Shown one piece after another: positions 8,114-16,943 of a DNA stretch of 18,645 nucleotides. This DNA comes from Candidatus Geohabitans tengchongensis (GTDB taxonomy: Bacteria; Sysuimicrobiota; Sysuimicrobiia; Sysuimicrobiales; Humicultoraceae), in the NCBI GenBank assembly GCA_031459625.1, contig JAVKIH010000003.1:152769-171413 (forward strand). Reading direction: 5' to 3'. The translations under genes were made by a program, and so were the position numbers. Position 1 is the first letter of the stretch. The number at the start of each line of letters is the position of its first letter. The notes below the pieces were generated by a model. It did not search any database and was not told the DNA's origin. It saw nothing but the letters and a program-made list of their open reading frames with translations.

Positions 8114-8880
8114 GTCACAGCGTCCTCCCCATGGCGGCTGAGCCGCACCTGCAGCGCCCCGTCCTCCCCCGCCTGCACCCGCACCCGCCGCAGCCGGATC
8201 AGCTCCAGCACGGCCAGGAAGGTCACCACCACCTCCAGCCGGGTGGCCTCCGCCGGGAAGAGCCGCTCGAAGACGACACCCGCCGGATGGGTCCGCAGCA
8301 GCGCCAGCAGCGCGGCCATCCGCTCGGCCACCGTGATCCCCTCGGGCTCGATGGCCGGCGGCGGCGCTTCCCGCGACCGGGCCAGGACGCGGTGGAAGGC
8401 CGCGAGCAGGTCGTCCAGCGAGACGCCGGCCAGCAGCGCCTCGTCCGGCGGCTCCCCGGGCGGACGGGCGAAGACGCGCTGGCGGTAGGCCTCGAGCACC
8501 CGCAGGGCGGTGGCGGCGTCCTTGAAGGCCCGGTAGGCGCGCAGCCGTTCCTCCAGCAGGGCGTCGAGGTCGGCGGCGGACTCCTCGAGGGTGACCGGTT
8601 CAGGGGGGGCGGGCGGGCGGGGCAGCAGGGCCCGCGCCTTCAGCTCGACGAGCGCCGAGAGCAGCCACAGCGTCTCGGTGGCGTCGTCCAGGTCGAAGCC
8701 CTCGCGCACGCGCGCCAGGACGTCCCGGGCGAGCTCGGCCAGGGGGAGGGTCTGAAGGTCCACCTCGCCCTGCTGCGCCAGCTGCACCAGCAGGTCGAGC
8801 GGGCCTTCAAACGTGGTGGTATGGACGACGTAGGACGACGGTCGGGTGCTGGTCACGCTCGACGACGGCCCACCACGCAA
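8110..8880 (-). CDS. scpA: Segregation and condensation protein ScpA (kleisin)
   Basis: FEGPLDLLVQL, LKARALLP, VVTFLAVLELIR; ATGA overlap with scpB. Start uncertain, possibly a downstream GTG. Confidence 0.93.
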   Translation of the reverse strand: MRGGPSSSVTSTRPSSYVVHTTTFEGPLDLLVQLAQQGEVDLQTLPLAELARDVLARVREGFDLDDATETLWLLSALVELKARALLPRPPAPPEPVTLEESAADLDALLEERLRAYRAFKDAATALRVLEAYRQRVFARPPGEPPDEALLAGVSLDDLLAAFHRVLARSREAPPPAIEPEGITVAERMAALLALLRTHPAGVVFERLFPAEATRLEVVVTFLAVLELIRLRRVRVQAGEDGALQVRLSRHGEDAVT

Positions 8881-8949
8881 CGGATATGGAGGGGCACGGA
8901 GCCCCGCTGCCCTGGTACGGTTAGGTGCCGGCGCCCCGAAATCCTGCGG

Positions 8950-9561
8950 TCAGGCCCCCAGCGCCTGGCGCATCAGCCAGAGGAAGGGCGGCCCCACCAG
9001 CACGTCCACCAGCCCCAGGTAGATGAGGCCGATGAGGATGAGCACGCCGAAGGGCTGCAGCCGCGCGTAGGCCAGGCTCAGCTGCGGCGGCAGCAGGCCG
9101 ATGAGGATCTTCGAGCCGTCCAGGGGAGGCACCGGCAGCAGGTTGAAGACCGCCAGGATGGCGTTGATGCGCACCAGCGTGACGACGAGCTGCACGAGCG
9201 GGTCGGCGGTGTCGCGGACCAGCCCCAGCTTCACCGGCAGCCCGAAGAGGAAGGCCAGGACGACGTTGGCGAGCGGGCCGGCGGCGGCCACCACCAGCAG
9301 CCCGCGGCGCCAGTCGCCGCGGAAGTTCAGCGGGTCAACCGGCACCGGTCTGGCCCAGCCGATGCCGAAGAGGAGCAGCAGGAGGGTGCCGAGCGGGTCG
9401 AGGTGGACGAGGGGGTTGAGGGTGAGGCGCCCCAGCCGGCGCGCCGTCGGGTCCCCGAGCCGGTCGGCGGCGTAGGCGTGGGCCGCCTCGTGGGCCGGCG
9501 CGGCCACCAGCAGGGCCAGGGCCCGGAAGAGGAGGACCGACGCGGACGGCAGGAACGGCAC
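8950..9561 (-). CDS. Site-2 protease family (M50) intramembrane Zn metalloprotease
   Basis: HEAAH, GDPTA..GRLTLNPLVHLDP, GWARPVP, AAGPLAN, FNLLPVPPLDG. Confidence 0.93.
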   Translation of the reverse strand: MPFLPSASVLLFRALALLVAAPAHEAAHAYAADRLGDPTARRLGRLTLNPLVHLDPLGTLLLLLFGIGWARPVPVDPLNFRGDWRRGLLVVAAAGPLANVVLAFLFGLPVKLGLVRDTADPLVQLVVTLVRINAILAVFNLLPVPPLDGSKILIGLLPPQLSLAYARLQPFGVLILIGLIYLGLVDVLVGPPFLWLMRQALGA

Positions 9562-9564
9562 GGC

Positions 9565-10866
9565 TCAGGCCAGCGGGCGGTCCAGGCGGATCAGGTCCTC
9601 GTAGGTCTCGCGCTCCACGATCACGCCGGTGCGCGCCGCGTCGCTGAGGACCACCGCCGGACGGGGGAAGCGGTTGTAGTTGCTGGCCATGGCGTAGGTG
9701 TAGGCCCCGGTGGAGAAGACGGCCAGCACGTCCCCCGGCTCGACCGGCGGCAGGGCCGCCTCCCAGATCAGCACGTCCCCCGACTCGCAGCAGCGCCCGG
9801 CCACGGCCACCGGCTCCCCCGCCGGCGCATCGACCCGGTCCGCCACCACCGCCGTGTAGCGCGCGCCGTAGAGGGCCGGGCGGGGGTTCTCGTACATCCC
9901 GCCGTCCACCATGACGTAGGTGCGCACGCCGGGGATGCGCTTCACCGCGCCCACGGTGTAGAGGGTCACGCCCGCCGGGCCGACGATGGAGCGCCCGGGC
10001 TCCAGGAAGAGGCGCGGGCGCGGCAGGCCGTGCCGGTCTACCGCCTCGCCGAGCGCCCCGGCCACCGCCCCCACGTAGGCGGGGATGGTGGGCGGGGCGT
10101 CCTCGGGCAGGTAGGCGATCCCCAGCCCGCCGCCCAGGTTGACCTCCGCGGCCACGAGCCCGGTGGCTTGCCGCACCTCCGCCAGGAAGTCGGCCACGGC
10201 GCGCGCGGCCAGGCGGAACGGTTCCAGGTCGAGGATCTGCGAGCCGATGTGGCAGTGAACCCCGCGCCACTCCAAGCCCGGCAGCCGCGCCGCCACGCGC
10301 ACCGCCTCGAGCGCCGCTCCGTCCGGGATCCCGAAGCCGAACTTCGAGTCCACCCCGCCGGTCTGGATGGCCCGGTGGGTGTGGGGCTCGATGCCGGGCG
10401 TCACGCGCACCAGCACGGCTGCCCGCCGTCCCAGGTCGCGGGCCAGGCGGTCGAGCAGGCGCAGCTCGTGGGCGTTGTCCACGATGATCCGCCCCACCCC
10501 TTGCGCCAGCGCCAGGCGCAGCTCGTCGGGGGTCTTGTTGTTGCCGTGGAGGTGGAGGTGCTCGGGCGGCACGCCGGCCCGCAGGGCCGTGTACAGCTCC
10601 CCGCCCGAGGCCACGTCCACGTGCAGCCCTTCCTCGTGGGCGAGCTGGCAGAGCGCCACCGTGCACAGCGCCTTGCTGGCGTAGATGACCTGCCCGTCGC
10701 CCCAGGCGTCGCGCAGGGCCGCGGCGTAGGCGCGGCAGGCGGCGCGCAGGCGGGGCTCGTCGAGCACCAGGAGCGGCGTGCCGTACCGCTCGGCCAGGGC
10801 GAGGGCGCTGTGTCCCCCGATGTGCAGCACCCCGCGGGCGTCCACCTGAAAGCCGTGCAGGACCAT
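9565..10866 (-). CDS. lysA: Diaminopimelate decarboxylase
   Basis: YGTP, YASKA (PLP lysine), HGNNK, SKFG, HCHIGSQI, NLGGG, EPGRSIV, CESGD, GAY..MASNYN. Confidence 0.96.
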   Translation of the reverse strand: MVLHGFQVDARGVLHIGGHSALALAERYGTPLLVLDEPRLRAACRAYAAALRDAWGDGQVIYASKALCTVALCQLAHEEGLHVDVASGGELYTALRAGVPPEHLHLHGNNKTPDELRLALAQGVGRIIVDNAHELRLLDRLARDLGRRAAVLVRVTPGIEPHTHRAIQTGGVDSKFGFGIPDGAALEAVRVAARLPGLEWRGVHCHIGSQILDLEPFRLAARAVADFLAEVRQATGLVAAEVNLGGGLGIAYLPEDAPPTIPAYVGAVAGALGEAVDRHGLPRPRLFLEPGRSIVGPAGVTLYTVGAVKRIPGVRTYVMVDGGMYENPRPALYGARYTAVVADRVDAPAGEPVAVAGRCCESGDVLIWEAALPPVEPGDVLAVFSTGAYTYAMASNYNRFPRPAVVLSDAARTGVIVERETYEDLIRLDRPLA

Positions 10867-10872
10867 GGCGCT

Positions 10873-10881
10873 ACTCTAGCA
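10873..10881 (-). promoter_or_regulatory. Extended -10 promoter for lysA (probably leaderless)
   Basis: Minus strand TGcTAGAGT followed by 6 nt (AGCGCC) and then the ATG; no SD. Confidence 0.5.
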
Positions 10882-10979
10882 GAGACCCCCGCAAGCTGTC
10901 CCCCGCGCAGGAGCGGCGGGCGGGGCGCACGGTGCGGGTGTAGACTGGAGCCAGCGATGTTCCTTCGGAGGCGGAGACC

Positions 10980-12158
10980 ATGGCCGAGGTCGTCATCCTC
11001 AGCGCCGCCCGCACCCCCATCGGGCGCTTCCTGGGCGGGTTCGCCACCACCCCGGCGCCGCGGCTGGGGGCGGCGGCGATCCGTGCCGCCCTGGAGCGTG
11101 CCGGAGTCGGCCCCATCCAGGTGGACCAGGTGATCATGGGCAACGTCCTCTCCGCCGGGGTCGGCCAGGCCCCGGCGCGGCAGGCCGGGCTGGGCGCAGG
11201 GCTGTCCAACACCGTGCCGGCCACCACGGTGAACAAGGTCTGCGGCTCGGGGCTGCAGGCGGTCGTGCTGGCGGCGCAGGCCATCCGCACCGGCGATGCC
11301 GAGGTGGTGGTGGCCGGGGGCATGGAGAACATGAGCCTGGCCCCCTACCTGCTCGACCGGGCGCGCGCCGGGTTCCGACTCGGCCACGCCACCGTGTTCG
11401 ACAGCATGCTGCGCGACGGGCTCCACGACGCCTACACCGACCTGCACATGGGGCAGTGCTGCGAGCTGTTGAACCGCGAGTACCGCTTCACCCGCGAGGA
11501 GCAGGACGCCTACGCCGCCGAGAGCTACCGGCGGGCGCTGGCGGCCATGGACACGGGGGCCTTCGCCGACGAGCTGGTCCCCGTGGAGGTGGCGCAGCCG
11601 AAGGGCCCGCCCGCGGTGGTGGACGCGGACGAGGAGCCGCGCCGCGTCGACTTCGACCGCCTCCCCTCGCTGCCGCCGGCCTTCGACCCGCAGGGCTCGG
11701 TGACGGCGGCCAACGCCAGCAAGATCAGCGACGGGGCGGCGGCGCTGGTGGTCGCCTCCGCCGACGTGGCGGCCCGTCTGGAGCGGCGGCCGCTCGCCCG
11801 CATCGTGGGGGCGGCCGGCGCGGCGGGCGCGCCCGAGTGGTTCACCATCCAGCCCGCGGCGGCCATCCGCCGCCTGCTGGAGCGCGTCGGCTGGACGCTC
11901 GACGAGGTCGACCTCTTCGAGATCAACGAGGCCTTCGCCTCGGTGGTCCTCGCCGTCACGCGCGACCTCGGCGTGGGCACGGAGCGGGTGAACGTCCACG
12001 GCGGGGCGGTGGCGCTGGGCCACCCCATCGGGGCGAGCGGGGCGCGCATCCTCACCACCCTGCTGCACGCCCTCCGCCGGCGTGGGGGCCGTCGGGGCGT
12101 GGCCGCCATCTGCCTGGGCGGCGGCGAAGCCCTGGCCCTGGCGGTCGAACGGGTCTGA
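10980..12158 (+). CDS. Acetyl-CoA C-acetyltransferase (thiolase)
   Basis: RTPIG, GQAPARQA, NKVCGSG, GGMENMS, NEAF, GHPIGASG, CLGGG; SD GGAGG 8 nt upstream; possible -10 TAGACT at 10941-10946. Confidence 0.96.
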   Translation: MAEVVILSAARTPIGRFLGGFATTPAPRLGAAAIRAALERAGVGPIQVDQVIMGNVLSAGVGQAPARQAGLGAGLSNTVPATTVNKVCGSGLQAVVLAAQAIRTGDAEVVVAGGMENMSLAPYLLDRARAGFRLGHATVFDSMLRDGLHDAYTDLHMGQCCELLNREYRFTREEQDAYAAESYRRALAAMDTGAFADELVPVEVAQPKGPPAVVDADEEPRRVDFDRLPSLPPAFDPQGSVTAANASKISDGAAALVVASADVAARLERRPLARIVGAAGAAGAPEWFTIQPAAAIRRLLERVGWTLDEVDLFEINEAFASVVLAVTRDLGVGTERVNVHGGAVALGHPIGASGARILTTLLHALRRRGGRRGVAAICLGGGEALALAVERV

Positions 12159-13969
12159 CCCCGCAGGCGCTCGCCACCCTCCTCATCCTGGCGGGGGCGG
12201 TGGTGGCCCTCGCCCTCGGCCGGTGGCCCGCCGACCTCACCGCCTTTGCCGTCCTCCTCGTCGTGGCGCTGGCCCGTCTCGTCCCGCCGGAGCAGGCCTT
12301 CGCCGGGTTCGGCTCGCCGGCCGTGGCGGCGGTGGCCGCCATCTTCGTCCTCAGCACGGGGCTGGAACGCACCGGCGCCGTGGCGCTGCTGGCCCGGCCC
12401 CTGCGCCTGGTGAGCGGCCGGTCCTACCAGCGGCTGCTCGCCCTGCTCATGGGCCTCGCCGGAGTGCTGGCCGGCTTCATGAACAACCTGGCGACCATGG
12501 GCGTGCTCCTCCCTGTCACCTTGACGGTGGCCCACCGGCGGCGCATCAGCCCCACCCGCCTCCTCCTCCCCCTGGCCTACGCGGCCCGCTTCGGCGGGAA
12601 CCTCACGTTGGTGGCCGGCCCGTCCAACGTCCTCATCGCCGCCATCCTGCAGGAGCGCGGGCTGGCGCATCTCGGCCTCTTCGACTTCGTGCCGCTGGGC
12701 CTGACGATGCTGGTCGTGGGGACGGCCTGGACCGTGGCGGTGGGGTGGCGCCTCCTCCCCGCGCGCCCCTCCGAAGAGCTCCTGCGCGCCACCCGGCGAC
12801 GCACGCGCCTGGTGCGCCTGTACCGCCTCAGCGAGCGCCTCTTCGAGGCCCGCATCCCCGCCGGCTCCCCGCTCGTCGGCAAGACCATCGAGCAGAGCGA
12901 GTTCGGCCGCGCCTACGGGCTGACCATCGTGGCCGTAGTCCGCGACGGCCGCCAGCTGCTGGCCCCGCCCAAGGACCTGGCGCTGCGGGCCGGGGACCGG
13001 CTCGTCATCGAAGGGCGGCTGGAGGAGCTGCTGGAAGCCGAGGCGCTGGAGCGGCTGGGGCTGGAGCTGGCCGCACGCTCGGAGGGGGGTGCCGCACCCG
13101 AGGTGGCGCTGGACGGCGGCGACGTCGGCATCGTCGAGGCGATGCTCTCTCCGCGCTCCGGCCTCGTCGGACGGACTTTGCGCGAGATCAACCTGCGCGA
13201 CCGCTCCGGGCTCACGGTGCTGGCGCTGTGGCGGGAGGGACGCCCGGTGCGCACCCGCCTGGCCGACCTGCCCCTGCAGGTGGGCGACGGCCTCCTCCTC
13301 CAGGGGCCCTGGCGTGCCATCCACGCCCTGCGCAGTGATCCCGACTTCATCGTGCTCGAGGCGGAGCTGCCTGCCGAACCCCGGCCGCAGAAGCTCGCCT
13401 ATGCGCTGGCGGCGCTGGGGGTGATGATCGTCCTGGCCCTGGCCGGCGTGCCCATCGCCCTGGCCGCAGCCGCGGCTGCCGGGGTGATCGTCCTCAGCGG
13501 GGCCATCACCCCCGAGGAAGCCTACCGGGCCATCCATTGGCGCAGCATCGTCCTCATCGGCGGGATGGTCCCTCTGGGCCTGGCCCTGGAACGCACCGGC
13601 GTCGCCCGCCTCGTGGCCGAGGCGTTGCTGGCGGTGGTGGGGCGGACGCCGCTGGCGGCCCTGGCGGGACTGCTGGCCGCCGCCGTCGTGGTGGGACACT
13701 TCATGGACAGCGTGGCCCTGACACTCCTCATGGCGCCCATCGCGCTCGACCTGGCGGCCACGCTGGGCGTCTCCCCCGTCCCCTTTGCCATGGCCGTGCT
13801 GGCGGCCACGGGGCTGACGCTCCTCACCCCCTTCAGCAACGCGGTGATGCTGATGGTCATGGCGCCGGGCGGATACCGCCTGCAGCACTACGTGCGCTCG
13901 GGCCTGCCGCTCGTCGGCCTCCTCTTCCTGGTAGTGCTGGCGGTGATCCCGCTGGCCTACCCCTTCTGA
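12155..13969 (+). CDS. SLC13/DASS-like permease with two TrkA-C (RCK-C) domains
   Basis: Hydrophobic N and C halves (AFAGFGSPAV, FMNN, GGNLTL...N, MVMAPGGY...YVRSGLPL) flank two RCK-C repeats (SPLVGKTI...GDRL; SGLVGRTLREINLR...GDGLLL). Start inferred at CTG 12155, overlapping the thiolase stop. Confidence 0.88.
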   Translation: MTPQALATLLILAGAVVALALGRWPADLTAFAVLLVVALARLVPPEQAFAGFGSPAVAAVAAIFVLSTGLERTGAVALLARPLRLVSGRSYQRLLALLMGLAGVLAGFMNNLATMGVLLPVTLTVAHRRRISPTRLLLPLAYAARFGGNLTLVAGPSNVLIAAILQERGLAHLGLFDFVPLGLTMLVVGTAWTVAVGWRLLPARPSEELLRATRRRTRLVRLYRLSERLFEARIPAGSPLVGKTIEQSEFGRAYGLTIVAVVRDGRQLLAPPKDLALRAGDRLVIEGRLEELLEAEALERLGLELAARSEGGAAPEVALDGGDVGIVEAMLSPRSGLVGRTLREINLRDRSGLTVLALWREGRPVRTRLADLPLQVGDGLLLQGPWRAIHALRSDPDFIVLEAELPAEPRPQKLAYALAALGVMIVLALAGVPIALAAAAAAGVIVLSGAITPEEAYRAIHWRSIVLIGGMVPLGLALERTGVARLVAEALLAVVGRTPLAALAGLLAAAVVVGHFMDSVALTLLMAPIALDLAATLGVSPVPFAMAVLAATGLTLLTPFSNAVMLMVMAPGGYRLQHYVRSGLPLVGLLFLVVLAVIPLAYPF

Positions 13970-14115
13970 GTAGCCGGTCCTGGAGTAAGGGGCCGGTCCT
14001 CGAGGCCCCGCGCGCCCCGCGAGGCGCCCGGGGGTCGGCCGGCTCCCCGACGGTTTGGTCCGCCGGCCGGATGGGCATATACCGAGTGCCTGGCGACGGC
14101 GCGTCGGCTGACGGA

Positions 14116-14145
14116 TTGACAGGCGCCGCGTGCCGTCTCTATACT
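14116..14145 (+). promoter_or_regulatory. Near-consensus sigma70/SigA promoter with no downstream protein gene
   Basis: TTGACA (14116-14121) - 18 nt - TATACT (14140-14145) in an otherwise very GC-rich context. Confidence 0.75.
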
Positions 14146-14149
14146 GAGC

Positions 14150-14320
14150 ACCCGTCTCAACGAGGGTCGCGTCGCAACGCCGTCGCCGCCACTCAAGTTC
14201 GCCGGGCACGCGGCACGGCGCAAGCGCGACGGACCTCTCTCGGACGGGTTCTCGGGACCGTCCGGGGTCAGCCGAGAGGATGTCCGTTCACTCGGCGCCC
14301 GGTCGGTCCCTGCGCGTTTT
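14150..14320 (+). ncRNA. Candidate structured non-coding RNA, family not recognised (may extend to about 14402)
   Basis: Begins just after the promoter. A 100-nt interrupted hairpin (14150-14249) and a 57-nt hairpin (14254-14310) are followed by TGCGCGTTTT; no convincing ORF. Confidence 0.55.
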
Positions 14321-14409
14321 CGAGGGCCAGGGTCAGCGGGCCGGCCCCGGGGATGTGGGTGTCGGTCCGCTGTGACGATGGAGGAGCGCCCCTGAAGGGC
14401 GCGTGCGGT

Positions 14410-15102
14410 TCAGCGGGGCACCGGACGGGCGTGGCGGAAGAGGAGCGGGCCGCGGTACGGCGGCAGGCGCAGCCGGGCCTGACGCTGCACGGTGACCCGC
14501 AGTCCGATCGCCTGCAACCCGTCCACGAAGCCCCCCCGCAGGCTCAGGGCGCCGTGCAGGGTGAGCGGCTCGCCGATGGCCGCGATGGTGAAGGGCGCCA
14601 CCATCGGCACGGTCCCCACGACGATGGCGCCGTCCTCCCGGTCCCCGATGCCGGTCGTGGCCAGGACGCGCACCCCGTTCACCGCCACCGCCTCCGCCCC
14701 CGCCGCCCACAGCTCGTTCACCAGCCCGGCCAGGTCGGCCGCCCGGATCGTCACCGGCAGCGGTCCGCCCCCCAGGGCGGGCCGGTCGAGCCGGACCACC
14801 ACGCCCGGGCCCTCCACCGGCAGCAGCCCCAGGGCCATACGCAGCTGGGCCAGCTCCTGGGCCAGGGCCTCGGCGGCCCCGCGCCCTTCCTGGATGGCCT
14901 GCAGGTAGGCGCCCAGGCGCCCCTGGAGGCGCTGGATCTCGGCCTCCAGGGCGGCCACCGCCTCCTCCTGCCGCTTCAGCAGCACGGCCACCTCCTGCAC
15001 CCGGCGCGAGGGGAGCTGGGTGCGGGCCCGCAGCGGCCGTTCGGCGCGCCACTGGGCCACCCCGGCCATCCCGGTCACCAGGAGGAAGAGCGCCAGGGCC
15101 AC
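14410..15102 (-). CDS. DUF881 domain membrane-anchored coiled-coil protein
   Basis: N-terminal TM helix, coiled coil, then GLLPVEGPGVVVRL, DL..LVNELWAAGAEAVAVNG.R, APFTIAAIGEP..L..AL...GG. Start uncertain; the frame is open further upstream. Confidence 0.88.
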   Translation of the reverse strand: MALALFLLVTGMAGVAQWRAERPLRARTQLPSRRVQEVAVLLKRQEEAVAALEAEIQRLQGRLGAYLQAIQEGRGAAEALAQELAQLRMALGLLPVEGPGVVVRLDRPALGGGPLPVTIRAADLAGLVNELWAAGAEAVAVNGVRVLATTGIGDREDGAIVVGTVPMVAPFTIAAIGEPLTLHGALSLRGGFVDGLQAIGLRVTVQRQARLRLPPYRGPLLFRHARPVPR

Positions 15103-15142
15103 CTGCCAGGCGCGCCCGCCGATGCCGTGTCGAGATTCCCTC

Positions 15143-15171
15143 TTGATTTGCCCGCCCCCCCTCCTAAGAAT
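15143..15171 (+). promoter_or_regulatory. Putative groEL promoter
   Basis: TTGATT (15143-15148) with TAAGAAT at 15165-15171 (16-17 nt spacer), just upstream of CIRCE. Confidence 0.5.
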
Positions 15172-15184
15172 AGGGGATAGAAGA

Positions 15185-15211
15185 TTAGCACTCCGGCCTG
15201 TGGAGTGCTAA
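15185..15211. promoter_or_regulatory. CIRCE element (HrcA operator)
   Basis: Perfect TTAGCACTC-N9-GAGTGCTAA upstream of groEL. Confidence 0.97.
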
Positions 15212-16882
<1,671 letters not shown>

Positions 16883-16899
16883 TCCGCCTGCCCACCCCA

Positions 16900-16938
16900 G
16901 CGGGGGAGCGGGGTATCCCGGCTCCCCCGCTTTGCTTT
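16900..16938 (+). terminator. Intrinsic terminator of groEL
   Basis: GCGGGGGAGC / GCTCCCCCGC perfect 10-bp stem followed by TTTGCTTT; lies between convergent genes. Confidence 0.85.
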
Positions 16939-16943
16939 CATGG

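Noticed and set aside
8131..11133. 1000-aa ORF on the + strand
   Set aside because: Antisense shadow of scpA, the site-2 protease and lysA; no motifs; expected at this GC content.
82..12158. Thiolase + CitE-like lyase + HMGR-like gene as a dispersed alternative mevalonate pathway
   Set aside because: Three separate transcription units split by housekeeping genes; proximity alone is not evidence.
13970..14095. Several GC hairpins after the transporter stop
   Set aside because: They may aid termination but lack a U-tract; short stems are common at this GC content.
11525..14209. 894-aa ORF on the - strand, and similar long ORFs at 3714..5519, 10401..12068, 13537..15180 and 15185..16966
   Set aside because: They overlap well-supported genes and have Arg/Gly/Pro-rich shadow composition.
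14150..14249. SRP (4.5S) RNA, Y RNA or tRNA identity for the 100-nt hairpin
   Set aside because: No CAGG..GNRA..AGCA helix-8 motif on either strand, no cloverleaf or T-loop, and no Ro60 gene nearby.
14280..14375. 31-codon ORF MSVHSAPGRSLRVFEGQGQRAGPGDVGVGPL downstream of the orphan promoter
   Set aside because: The purine run abuts the ATG with no spacing, the start is buried in a hairpin, and the peptide has no recognisable features. Not fully excluded.
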